From NCBI GenBank assembly GCA_963722255.1, contig CAVRJO010000002.1, positions 448,001-512,000 on the forward strand: a stretch of 64,000 nt of DNA. Direction: 5' to 3'. The stretch comes from Candidatus Babeliales bacterium. GTDB taxonomy: Bacteria; Babelota; Babeliae; Babelales; JANWKD01. The notes below the pieces were generated by a model. It did no database searches and was not told the DNA's origin. It saw only the letters and a list, made by a program, of their open reading frames with translations. A program made the translations under genes and the position numbers. This document shows, piece after piece, positions 11,507-21,333 of this stretch. The stretch's first letter is position 1, and each line of letters opens with the position of its first letter.

Positions 11507-11527
11507 AGGGACCTAAAACAGGTCCCT
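11507..11527 (-). terminator. Intrinsic terminator-like hairpin
   Basis: agggacct-aaaac-aggtccct followed by a T run on the minus strand. Confidence 0.6.
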
Positions 11528-11553
11528 CATACCGTAGTAAAAATTGATATTTT

Positions 11554-12126
11554 TTATTTTGTAGATAATGCTTCTTTAAGCTTACCAATACGTTCTTCAA
11601 TTTCTTGCAATGTAATTCTTTCATTTTGATATCCTTGAGCTTTATAAAGCGCATAGAAAACCAATGGGAAAGATATAAGCAATGCATATGCTTGTGTATC
11701 TTTTGAATGCAAATGATGATTTACACGCTCATTTGAAACATGAGGAAGCAGATCAAATCCACATATTACAGCTAGAATAGCTGATACAAAGAACCCAGAA
11801 AAACCAGCAAATTTCAAATTATTTTCTTTTTTTTCCACTGATGCAATTTTTTCTGCACATTCTTTAAGTACCGCCATAAGAATCGCTTTTACATTGCTAT
11901 TAAATTTATTCTCATCAATCGATGTTGAAGCACTATTGTCATTGAGCAGCATTTGCACATAAGTTATATCTTCTTTGCTTACATTGTGAAGATTTTCATT
12001 TGAATCACGCACTTGCAAAACAAGATCATTTATAACCATAGAATTTTCACCTGCACTAGCAGAAGAATTCATTCCAATAGACCCACCAATGAACACAATG
12101 GAAAGAAACAGAGTAGAAAATTTCAT
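11554..12126 (-). CDS. Secreted hypothetical protein with two TM segments and a coiled coil
   Basis: Signal-like N-terminus, hydrophobic hairpin, heptad C-terminus. Confidence 0.7.
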   Translation of the reverse strand: MKFSTLFLSIVFIGGSIGMNSSASAGENSMVINDLVLQVRDSNENLHNVSKEDITYVQMLLNDNSASTSIDENKFNSNVKAILMAVLKECAEKIASVEKKENNLKFAGFSGFFVSAILAVICGFDLLPHVSNERVNHHLHSKDTQAYALLISFPLVFYALYKAQGYQNERITLQEIEERIGKLKEALSTK

Positions 12127-12330
12127 AAAAAATCCTTATATATAATGGTTTAAAAAAAATCTTATCTTAGTGTACCCCCTTTTAAATAGTTTGCAATCGA
12201 CACTAAATTATTTTTAATCGCATAAGATATATTAATAATTTTTCTATAAATTGATGCAGTGAGAATTTTCAAGCTTTTTAAGAATAGATAAAAAACCGAC
12301 AAAATTTTCTTGAATTGTCGATTTTATAAC

Positions 12331-12594
12331 TTATAATTCAGCAGAAGAATCCATTAATCTATTCGGTAATTTTTGAAAATCAGTTATCATGCCCTGATCT
12401 TGATAATAGTTCATAAGATGCACGAAATATGATTCAAGCTGCGGTGGAACAAAGAATTCAAATAAACATGTTTCTTTGTTCAAGGATCTATCAAAACATA
12501 AATGTTCAAAGCTACGTAATGTTGCTGTCAAAAAACCCGTATCAGGTTTAGAAACCTTTGCTTGATAATAAAGGCAATAAAAATTTTGTTGCAT
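12331..12594 (-). CDS. Small hypothetical protein (DUF4911-like)
   Basis: Start taken at MQQNF; FLTATLRSFEHLCFDRSL...FFVP resembles small ferredoxin-fold proteins. Confidence 0.5.
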   Translation of the reverse strand: MQQNFYCLYYQAKVSKPDTGFLTATLRSFEHLCFDRSLNKETCLFEFFVPPQLESYFVHLMNYYQDQGMITDFQKLPNRLMDSSAEL

Positions 12595-12692
12595 ACATAA
12601 AACCAAATAAAGAAATTGTAAAATAAATCTAACTGTAAACGAAAAATGTTTAAAACAAAAATTTTTTTTAATAAGAAAAATAACCAATGAAT

Positions 12693-12944
12693 GTCATCAC
12701 GAGGAGCTGTCCGGCCGACGCTTATCCAGGCCTTCCGGCTTGGCAAGCTGTGGCGGATCCGCTATTTGCGCTTGTCCGCCGAAGTTTTAACGAAGGCGGA
12801 ACGTGGTGACCCAGTAATTAAAATGAAAAGTCTTTATAACTGGGCCCTCTTACGCCAAGGCTTCAAAGGGCAGGTTGCTACGCCCTGTCCGTCGGAGCTT
12901 ACCAAGCCGGAAGGCCTGGATAAGCATAGTCGGATCGCAATGAC
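12693..12944 (+). repeat. Composite REP/RPE-like palindrome with four nested inserts
   Basis: GTCATCACGAGG...GTGGTGACCCAGT...ACTGGG...TCGCAATGAC backbone shared with 50195-50374 and 52503-52602. Confidence 0.9.
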
Positions 12945-13009
12945 AATTGTGGAATTATTTGCCTAAGCTGTGATTTTATATTTTTATTATCATCGAATTC
13001 GCGTTATTT

Positions 13010-13648
13010 CTAGTTTACACTATGTAACCAATCTTTAATAGCCTCATGTCTCTTTTTTAATGAATCTTCTTTCTGCTTACGCCATGCACTAGTTTTTTCA
13101 TTAGTTATATAGCCCCAGCCGGCAGCTCCAGCACATGCTACAGTAGTAATACCCACTTTTACATACCCATCTATCTCAGAGAAAATTTCATGGGGGACCC
13201 ACGGAGCACAAGCAAGCAATAAAAACCCAATGGTTAAAGCGCCAAATTTTTTAACAGCACCAAATTTTTCTTGCTCGAGCTTATCAAAAGCTGCTATTTC
13301 TTCTATAGCTTCATTAAGCAATAGTTGTTTGTCTACTCTGTATTCATCAAGATTTTGTTTCGATTCATACAATTCAAAATTATCGTATAGTTCTTTATAG
13401 TCGAGTTTTTTTTTATCTTGTGGGGGCTGAATAGCTAATTTCTGAACATACGGAATAGTTTGTTGAGGCTGTTCAGTGGACTTTTGAATCGACGTTTGAG
13501 ATGTTTTCTTTTGTTGTTGCACATTTTCCGGCTGTTTACGCAAACGCATATCGCTCATTAGCTCAATTAAATCTTCCTCTATGTCTTGATTTGCATATAT
13601 AAAACCCTGAAATAGTAACAATCCAAATATGAGTGTTGTATAGTTCAT
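13010..13648 (-). CDS. Secreted hypothetical protein, Q-rich, with C-terminal TM hairpin
   Basis: Signal peptide, polyQ-like linker, two hydrophobic segments. Confidence 0.7.
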   Translation of the reverse strand: MNYTTLIFGLLLFQGFIYANQDIEEDLIELMSDMRLRKQPENVQQQKKTSQTSIQKSTEQPQQTIPYVQKLAIQPPQDKKKLDYKELYDNFELYESKQNLDEYRVDKQLLLNEAIEEIAAFDKLEQEKFGAVKKFGALTIGFLLLACAPWVPHEIFSEIDGYVKVGITTVACAGAAGWGYITNEKTSAWRKQKEDSLKKRHEAIKDWLHSVN

Positions 13649-13766
13649 ATAAAATCTCCCAATACTATTTTTTAAAGTAACCTACAGCAATCTTGTACAA
13701 AAGTATGTCATTTGTATATCCTAAAGCAATCATATGTTACAACCTCTTTTAAAAAGTTAAAAAAAT

Positions 13767-14936
13767 ATGGACAACGAAAATAATCAAAAAATAGGCTTAG
13801 CAACTGCAACAATTGTTGGAATGAATGCAATGATTGGCGCAGGAATTTTTAGTGTTCCCGCCGCCTTAGGCTCATTTGTTGGCCCTGCTGGAATTATAAC
13901 CTATCTTTTTGTAATTATTGCTGTTTGGTTTATGGGATCTTCAATGGCTCGTTTAGCCCAACTTTATCCTGAAGAAGGATCATTTTATACGTATGCATCG
14001 CAATGGGGCGGCCATTATGTGGGATTGCTTTCGGCGGGAGCGTATCTCATTGGCTTGATTATAGCAATGGGGCTTTTGACTCAAATGGCAGGTCAAAATC
14101 TCCATGAAGCATTCCCACAACTCAATGCATATTCTTGGGGACTTATTGTTCTTATAGCACTTATTATTTTTAATCTTGTTGGTGTTACTTTATCAAAAAT
14201 TGGGCAAATGGTTCTTATATGCTGCACCGTATTTCCTATACTTATGACTATAATAATTGGTTTTATGCATGGCAGTGTCAATAATCTTACCCCATTTTTA
14301 CCGTATGGATTTACACATATTTTTACAGCAACTAACGCTGTTATTTTTGGTTTTTTTGGATTTGAATGCGCTGCATCTCTCTTTAGTGTTGTTGAAAATC
14401 CACGAGAAAATGTACCAAAAGCTTTACGTTATTCAATTATCTTAGTGGGTCTTCTTTATTTAGGCTTTGTTGGTTCAATAATATACGCAGTACCTCATTC
14501 ATATTTTACCGATCCAACAATTTCGCTCAGATCAATACTTTCAATTATAGTGCCAAATCATCCATGGCTTCTACATCTCATTCATTTTTCAGTTCTTTCA
14601 GCAATATTAGGAACAGTACATTCTATGATTTGGGGATCAAGTAGTTTACTTGTATCATATTGTAAAAAATTCAAATCTCCTTTGAACATAAGCACACGTA
14701 TGGCTGTATGCATTATAGGAATATGCATTTTTATGACATTCTCTCTTTTAAAAAATATGAATGTTTTTTTTAGCTTAACATCGATCTTCCTTATTTTCGC
14801 TTTTGTTTCTTCAATGATAAGTCTTTTACTGCTTCCTAATGAATGGAAAACAGGACAAAACATTAAAACTATTTTAGGTTTATTGACTGCATTTTTGATT
14901 TTTTATTTTGCTATAACCGGCCTTTTACTTTCTTGA
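13767..14936 (+). CDS. APC-family amino-acid permease
   Basis: GMNAMIGAGIF, GSFYTY, FGFFGFE motifs; multiple TM segments. Confidence 0.9.
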   Translation: MDNENNQKIGLATATIVGMNAMIGAGIFSVPAALGSFVGPAGIITYLFVIIAVWFMGSSMARLAQLYPEEGSFYTYASQWGGHYVGLLSAGAYLIGLIIAMGLLTQMAGQNLHEAFPQLNAYSWGLIVLIALIIFNLVGVTLSKIGQMVLICCTVFPILMTIIIGFMHGSVNNLTPFLPYGFTHIFTATNAVIFGFFGFECAASLFSVVENPRENVPKALRYSIILVGLLYLGFVGSIIYAVPHSYFTDPTISLRSILSIIVPNHPWLLHLIHFSVLSAILGTVHSMIWGSSSLLVSYCKKFKSPLNISTRMAVCIIGICIFMTFSLLKNMNVFFSLTSIFLIFAFVSSMISLLLLPNEWKTGQNIKTILGLLTAFLIFYFAITGLLLS

Positions 14937-15017
14937 AATTTTTGTGAATTGGAGTTGACGTGTATAGGATAAAGATGCTATACAATATCAAAATCTGATT
15001 TCACAGAAAGGAGAGTA

Positions 15018-16640
15018 ATGACTCGGTTAATGAAGAACTATTTTCTAATGCTCTTTATATGCATTTTCTTTAATAGTTCATTATCTGCTCTAAGCTCATT
15101 AGCAAATAATGACCCCTATCCAATTTATAATGCAATATATGATCCTTATTTAACACGATGGCAAAAAGAATGGTTGATTGGTTGCAATGAAATTTGTGAC
15201 GACGATGAAATTTTTAGTTTATCCATTTCGGCATTTTCACAAAAAGCTCGTAGCGGTCGAGATTTTGCTCATACAAAGCAACTTTTAGGCGATCTAACCG
15301 GCCCATGGAATATGGTAGGTATGCTTTATGGTGGACTTCCTATCGGAGAATCGTTGCAAAATACACAACTTGGTGAAGCAAAACTTCATATTTTTTCTGA
15401 CCTGATTCAAAGTCAACTACCTACCCCACAAACTCCCATACCCATCTCCTTTGAAGATATTATTATTTCACCCACGTCAGAACAATCATCAATTTATGTA
15501 TTAACCGATAGCAGTCAAAACATAGGATTCTTTTCAGTACCTATCCATTATCGTAAAGTTGGCGTGAGGTTTGAAGCCACATTAAAACCTTTTGAATGTT
15601 TTGGCCTTACGGTTCAAGCAGGTGTTTCAGAAATTCGTCAAACGGTTACCGGTCTTATTGATCGCACACCGAACATTGCTCCTGAAAATACGGGAAATGA
15701 TTTTAATGGAACGGGTAACTGTCCCGATCTTTTATGCGGTGGGCAGCCTTTTGATAATAACTTTTTTAGAAACATTCCTGTTTTGCTGAATAATAATATT
15801 TACTCAAATTGTAATATTTGCAACCCAAATCCATGTACCATGGCATCAGATTTAACAACCTCATCATGCACAAATCCTTATTTGGAGATCGAAAATCAAC
15901 TCATGGATGCAAGCAAAGCAAGCCTCATTTTTCATCAAATTGGTTTTAATGATTGCAATTTTGAAAAAACATCATTTGAGGATGTTCGCTTTATCTTCTG
16001 GTGGCGAGATATCTTTGAGATTAATAGAGACCGCTGCAGCTGGCCCTACTTCTTATTTACCCCATCAGTAGAGTTCAACTTTGTCATACCAACAGCTAGA
16101 AAGAAGGATCGCAGGGAACTCTATTCACTGCCTTTTGGTAATGATGGCCACTGGGCTTTGGGCTTTGATGCGGGGATTTCGTTTGATTTTGTTGAAACGG
16201 TTGAGATTGCTTTTTATGGTGGCATGAACTACTTTTTTCCAAGAAACGTTTGTAATTATCGCATTCCAACTGACTTATACCAACAAGGAATATTCCCCTT
16301 TGCAACAAACGTTAATGTCTCTCCAGGGTATAACTTTAACTGGCGAGCCGTATTTAATGCATACCACTTTGTTGACAGAGTATCGGCCTATGTTGATTGG
16401 GTTTTTGTAAAACATGAAACGGATAAAATTAAGCTTTGTACCCCAGATCCGGCATTCCCTATCGACATGATTGAAAAAGCAGAATGCACCACAAAGTTTA
16501 TGTCACAATTTGTTGATGCGGCAATTTACTACGATATTTCTCCAAATCTACAGCTTGGAGTCATAGCCCAATTTCCTGTTGCGCAACGTAATGCCTATCG
16601 CTCAACCACCTATTTGTGGACTTTTAGATGTGTATTTTAG
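15018..16640 (+). CDS. Putative outer-membrane beta-barrel protein with a Cys-rich insert
   Basis: Signal peptide, alternating beta-strand patterns, terminal YLWTFRCVF. Confidence 0.55.
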   Translation: MTRLMKNYFLMLFICIFFNSSLSALSSLANNDPYPIYNAIYDPYLTRWQKEWLIGCNEICDDDEIFSLSISAFSQKARSGRDFAHTKQLLGDLTGPWNMVGMLYGGLPIGESLQNTQLGEAKLHIFSDLIQSQLPTPQTPIPISFEDIIISPTSEQSSIYVLTDSSQNIGFFSVPIHYRKVGVRFEATLKPFECFGLTVQAGVSEIRQTVTGLIDRTPNIAPENTGNDFNGTGNCPDLLCGGQPFDNNFFRNIPVLLNNNIYSNCNICNPNPCTMASDLTTSSCTNPYLEIENQLMDASKASLIFHQIGFNDCNFEKTSFEDVRFIFWWRDIFEINRDRCSWPYFLFTPSVEFNFVIPTARKKDRRELYSLPFGNDGHWALGFDAGISFDFVETVEIAFYGGMNYFFPRNVCNYRIPTDLYQQGIFPFATNVNVSPGYNFNWRAVFNAYHFVDRVSAYVDWVFVKHETDKIKLCTPDPAFPIDMIEKAECTTKFMSQFVDAAIYYDISPNLQLGVIAQFPVAQRNAYRSTTYLWTFRCVF

Positions 16641-16741
16641 GATTAATAAGAGCTTTTCAGGCTCTCTTATAGACAAAATTGAAAAAAACTATTAGAATTA
16701 TAGAAGAAAATTTAAAGTAAAATTATAAAGGGATGCTTCTT

Positions 16742-16951
16742 ATGGCAAAAAAATCTAATATTGAGATTAGTGTAAACAATAATCTTGAGCGCGCTATGAA
16801 ACAGTTAAAAAAGAAAATGGAACGTGAAGGCGTTACTCGAGATATGAAACGTATTGTTTACTATGAAGCTCCTACCCAACAACGCCGTAAAAGCTTAATT
16901 CGTGCAAAAAAACAAAACTATATTAGAATGGCATCGATGCGTCCCGCATAA
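16742..16951 (+). CDS. rpsU: 30S ribosomal protein S21
   Basis: NLERAMKQLKKK..REG....KR..YYEAPT..RR. Confidence 0.9.
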   Translation: MAKKSNIEISVNNNLERAMKQLKKKMEREGVTRDMKRIVYYEAPTQQRRKSLIRAKKQNYIRMASMRPA

Positions 16952-16963
16952 AGTTATCCTTTT

Positions 16964-17332
16964 ATGAACGAAACCGTCAAAACAATTAAGCAAGCACAAA
17001 AAGAAAGTCTTCTTTTAAGGGAGATCTCAAATCTTTTTATGAAGACTTCTGCTGATGATCCTCGCTTAATGTCCTTAACTATAAATCGCGTTAGTATATC
17101 GTCTGATAAAGGATATTGCTCAATCTATTTTTATACGCCGGGCGGGCTTCAAGAGTTTGAAAAATTGCTAGAAATTCTTAAGCTCTATAAACCTTCTTTA
17201 CGCACTGCATTAGCTAAATCCATTAAATCTCGTTATACGCCGCAACTTATCTTTAAATTTGACGAACAGTATGAAAAAGAAGAAAAAATGAATAAGCTTC
17301 TTGACTCATTAAAAGAAAAGGGCGAGCTATAA
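16964..17332 (+). CDS. rbfA: Ribosome-binding factor A
   Basis: DPRL..LTINRV..S.D, RYTPQLIFKFD. Confidence 0.9.
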   Translation: MNETVKTIKQAQKESLLLREISNLFMKTSADDPRLMSLTINRVSISSDKGYCSIYFYTPGGLQEFEKLLEILKLYKPSLRTALAKSIKSRYTPQLIFKFDEQYEKEEKMNKLLDSLKEKGEL

Positions 17333-17341
17333 TTGTTTATT

Positions 17342-18078
17342 ATGTTCCTTTTTTTTTAGTCTGGGGATCATTTTTAAATATGCTTGCTTATCGGCTTATC
17401 TCTGGAGATAGCCTTCTACGTTCTCGCTCATTTTGTCCTTCCTGTGATACAACCATTGCTTGGTATGATCTTATTCCCTTAGCATCATGGCTTATTCTTA
17501 GAGGAAAATGTCGCAGCTGTTCAGCCTCTATCTCTCCGCTCTATTTTTTTATTGAATGTATTGCCGCATTAGTTTTTTCAGCTCTTGTTTATACCATGCA
17601 GCCTGATTTTTGGTTTGCCTACTTTATCTTCTTTTCAGCTTTGCTTGTAACTATACGAACTGATCTAGAATTTATGCTTATTTCTCGCTATGCTTCAGTT
17701 TTTCTTATCCCTCTAGGATTTTTTTTTAGCTTTACCTCATTCTTACCCATTTCATTAATAACCAGTTTAGTTGGTGCCTTAACTGCTTATTTATTTTTAA
17801 AGCTTATTACTGCACTCTTTTTTATGTGCACAAAAAAGGTCGGCATGGGAGAAGGCGATGGTGAACTTTTAGCCTTCATTGGTTCATTTCTTGGCATTAC
17901 AGGCTGGTGGATTTCGCTCATTGTGGGATCACTTTTAGGCTCAGTCTGTGGAATAGTATATATGTTTTATACGCAACAAAAGCATTCCATTAAAATGCCC
18001 TTTGGTCCCTTCTTAGCCTTTGGAGCACTAGCATATGTGCTTTTTGAAAAACAGCTTTTAGCTATTTTTGGTTTTTAA
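17342..18078 (+). CDS. pilD: Prepilin peptidase (A24), N-terminus shifted in a T run
   Basis: RSFCPSC, LIPLASWLILRGKCRSC, GMGEGD, PFGPFL; WGSFLN lies in frame upstream of 17380, with ATG 17342 one base out of frame. Confidence 0.88.
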
Positions 18079-19408
18079 GATGATAAGCGCAATCTATCTT
18101 ATGGATTTTCCAATCTTCTTTTTGGCATTCTTTTGAGCAATAATAAACAGCTGGACAAGCACCACACACCAAAAACTCCTTAGATTGTTCTGTTGTCTTG
18201 TGGCATTTTTGGCACTCACGGACTTTCTTTAAACAGTTACGTTTATGAGTAAGCCAATCTTTTTGTTGGCACCCTTTTGAACAATAGTGAACTTCTTTAC
18301 AGCACCCACACACCAAAAATCTTTTTTGCGAAAAATGCTCCCATGTCTTACAAAAATCACAACTTGCAGGCGTTCGAATACAATTTGCTGCTTCAATTAA
18401 CATATTTTTTATACAATTTCTATACGATTGAACAATTTCTTCTTTGTTTACTGCGTTCTTAAACAGAAGTTGGTTTTGTTTTTTTAGTTTCTGCGGAAAA
18501 GTACCAGCATCTATGGGTGAAAATACCTGAGACATTAAAATATATCGTCTCTCTAAATATTTTTGCAAATAAGTAGAATCTGCAAAACCTTGATACAAAA
18601 CAATAACTTTATTTTTATTTTTTAACATCTCTTCAATGCTCAGCTTAGCTATTAGGAAATCAAAATCCAAGACCCAATTCATAAAATTATTTTTAAAATA
18701 AATTAAGTTGTATTTTGTAAATATTTCATATAAAGCTTTTTTTAAGAGTTGACTGCCATCGCTACAATGAGTTTCAAAAAATTTTAGCGCAGATGCTTTT
18801 ATTAGAGCATATTCTTTATGTATAGATTCATCATCTTTTTCATTAAAACAGTGCTCAATAGCCGTTAATGCTTCTTTATATTCATCAACAGTCATATCTG
18901 GTAAATGTAAACTTTTTTCTCTCAATATTTCGCCTAAAATGCATTTTTCATTTTCTTTAAGCTTAAATTTTTTAATATCCCGCACATAATTGTTTATCCA
19001 TACTGCAAATTGAATAGGAATAGAAATTATTGGTATGCGTAAGGTTTGAGAAAATATCAATGCATTACTGTTACCACTTGTAGTGTCTGTAAAAATAGTT
19101 GGCAACTCTCCTTCTATCTTACTATAATAACTAGAAAACAAGTTATACAAAGAATCTGATCGATAATCGGTAAGTACAGTAAAATGAGAATCCTTACGAT
19201 TAATTTTTTTCAGCAAATAAGAGAAGTAATTATTTTCTTTTCCTTGAAGTTCATACAATTCTCTTTCAGACGGTTTTAATAAGCTAATATCGGCATCAAT
19301 CATTACAATAGTATTACCATAGCTTTTATAAACCTTAATAAAATTAAATACCCCCTGCAAGGAAAACACAATGACAAATGGTATGATAAATATTTTTTTC
19401 ACAAACAC
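18062..19408 (-). CDS. Secreted protein with two C-terminal MYND zinc fingers
   Basis: Two CxxC..CxxC...YCSKxCQxxDWxxHKxxC units; signal-like N-terminus. Confidence 0.88.
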   Translation of the reverse strand: MFVKKIFIIPFVIVFSLQGVFNFIKVYKSYGNTIVMIDADISLLKPSERELYELQGKENNYFSYLLKKINRKDSHFTVLTDYRSDSLYNLFSSYYSKIEGELPTIFTDTTSGNSNALIFSQTLRIPIISIPIQFAVWINNYVRDIKKFKLKENEKCILGEILREKSLHLPDMTVDEYKEALTAIEHCFNEKDDESIHKEYALIKASALKFFETHCSDGSQLLKKALYEIFTKYNLIYFKNNFMNWVLDFDFLIAKLSIEEMLKNKNKVIVLYQGFADSTYLQKYLERRYILMSQVFSPIDAGTFPQKLKKQNQLLFKNAVNKEEIVQSYRNCIKNMLIEAANCIRTPASCDFCKTWEHFSQKRFLVCGCCKEVHYCSKGCQQKDWLTHKRNCLKKVRECQKCHKTTEQSKEFLVCGACPAVYYCSKECQKEDWKIHKIDCAYHLKNQK

Positions 19409-19637
19409 CCTTCAAATAGTAATTTCATTTAATTGATACAGAATGTAATTGTATCAAACAAAATTACTCATGCAAAATAATTATCAACTTAAAAAATTAC
19501 TAAAAGATAACCGCTTGATTAATCAAACAAAGGTAATTTGTTGCGCAACATTGTTATCTTGCAAAATTGGTTTCTAAAATTTTATACTCATTTCCTAGGG
19601 GAAAGATAAATGACCTTCGGCAAAGAAAAGCTAGGTT

Positions 19638-20483
19638 ATGACTTGGGGACGATATCTCATTATTTTTTTATTATGCATACTACCTCTTCATGCAACCAGA
19701 TGGAACAAAAGTAAAAGAATCGAATGCAAACATACACCATCTTCTACACACTTTACATTAAAAGAAGTTCCTTACCGGTTTGTACGATGTGCAGCAACCC
19801 TCGTTGAAGAGGCAATTCGCTTAAATCTCAACTTAGTTAGTCTTGACACAGTCAAAGTTTTTACCGCCTTTGTACCATTTTACTTAGTAACACGCATGGC
19901 TGATGCTCAAGTGCATAATAACTTTTATGACATTTCTTGCCATAAAAATATCAATCAGATGCCTAATGCCGTTATTAACACAATTAATAAAGGATGCGAT
20001 CTTGGCATTGTTTTATTAAGTAGCCTTGCATTATTTGCCTGGGATGAAAAATTGCGCCTTACAGCGCGTATTTTTGGAATCGGTGCATTATCGGCCCTTT
20101 ATGCTAAAGATTTTGTCAAAAAAATTGAAGTAAAAAGCTGTTTGCGACCTTGGAATGAACATTTTAGTTCAAAAAAACAGTCTTTTGGCGGCTTTCCTTC
20201 CGGGCATATGATCGAAGCAACCTATATGCTTACCGTTTGGGGACTGCAATATGGGCTTAAAGCTGCTATTCCTTTAGGTCTGTTTGCAGGGCTTTCGTTT
20301 GGTGTGCTTGTTGGAAGCAATCGTCATTATGCTTCTCAAGCGGTTGCAGGTGCAGGATTTGGTGTAGCATTTGGACTTGCTGCTCATAAACTTATACATA
20401 CCAAAATCTCTGAAACAATTGATTGCAGTTTTGCACTAAACAAACAAAAGTTGCCGACCCTTTCTTTAGGATGCAGTTTCTAA
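19638..20483 (+). CDS. PAP2-family phosphatase
   Basis: K..RP, GFPSGH and (NR)HY motifs. Confidence 0.8.
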   Translation: MTWGRYLIIFLLCILPLHATRWNKSKRIECKHTPSSTHFTLKEVPYRFVRCAATLVEEAIRLNLNLVSLDTVKVFTAFVPFYLVTRMADAQVHNNFYDISCHKNINQMPNAVINTINKGCDLGIVLLSSLALFAWDEKLRLTARIFGIGALSALYAKDFVKKIEVKSCLRPWNEHFSSKKQSFGGFPSGHMIEATYMLTVWGLQYGLKAAIPLGLFAGLSFGVLVGSNRHYASQAVAGAGFGVAFGLAAHKLIHTKISETIDCSFALNKQKLPTLSLGCSF

Positions 20484-20594
20484 AAAAAATGTACTTTAAA
20501 AAAATATTTTTACAAAAGAAATTTTCTTTGATATAATTCATATAGAAATATAAAATATTCATTTTTAACAATTAAAAAAAGGATACCAACTTAT

Positions 20595-21293
20595 ATGAAA
20601 AACTATTTTCTTTTACTATTACTTTTCTTTGCATGGTGCAAAGGTATGGAAAACAGGGAAGAACTTCCTTCAATCAGAGAGCAGTTTCCAGATCTTTTCC
20701 AAAACAGAGAAGAATACCCTCATAACCTTGGATTGAGCTTTAATTTCCCACCATATTCAACTGATCAAAACCCTATGCCTGAATACGTAGAAAATTCAGT
20801 CAGTGCTATACAAAATAGTAACATTACCCTCGAAGAATCTGGCAATCCCTATAAATTTCAATGCATTTTCCCCAACTGTGCCATTTTTTCTCTTTGGAAA
20901 AAGTCAATCGACACTCATATACGTTCGCACACTGAAAAAAGACCTTATGTTTGTTCAACACTAAATTGTAATGCAGCTTTTAAGAGAAAAAATGACCTAA
21001 CCCAACACAAAATATCCCATAACCCTGTCAAGAAAGTTACTTGCTCGTTTCGTGGATGTACTAAAACTTTTACAAGACAATCTGATCTAAATAATCACTT
21101 GCTAAAGTTTCATCATATTAGTCTTCAAATTGAATGTAATGAATGTGATGCATCATTTGATAGAATACATTATGAAAAACATTGTAAAGAATTACATCCT
21201 GAATTAATTTATCAATGTTATCTCTGTGGTAAAAGATTTTACTCAGTGAAAGGTAAACGAACCCATTTTTCACAGAATCACAAATCAGCTTAA
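20595..21293 (+). CDS. Secreted C2H2 zinc-finger protein (5 fingers)
   Basis: Signal peptide; CX2-4C..H..H repeats with HTEKRPY linker. Confidence 0.9.
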   Translation: MKNYFLLLLLFFAWCKGMENREELPSIREQFPDLFQNREEYPHNLGLSFNFPPYSTDQNPMPEYVENSVSAIQNSNITLEESGNPYKFQCIFPNCAIFSLWKKSIDTHIRSHTEKRPYVCSTLNCNAAFKRKNDLTQHKISHNPVKKVTCSFRGCTKTFTRQSDLNNHLLKFHHISLQIECNECDASFDRIHYEKHCKELHPELIYQCYLCGKRFYSVKGKRTHFSQNHKSA

Positions 21294-21333
21294 CTATTTT
21301 TACAATCTCTTTATCAGCTTAGGATCTTTTATT

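Noticed and set aside
12691..12966. ORF MSSRGAVRPTL... and its twin at 49978-50376
   Set aside because: Both are translations of the GC-rich palindromic repeat, not protein genes
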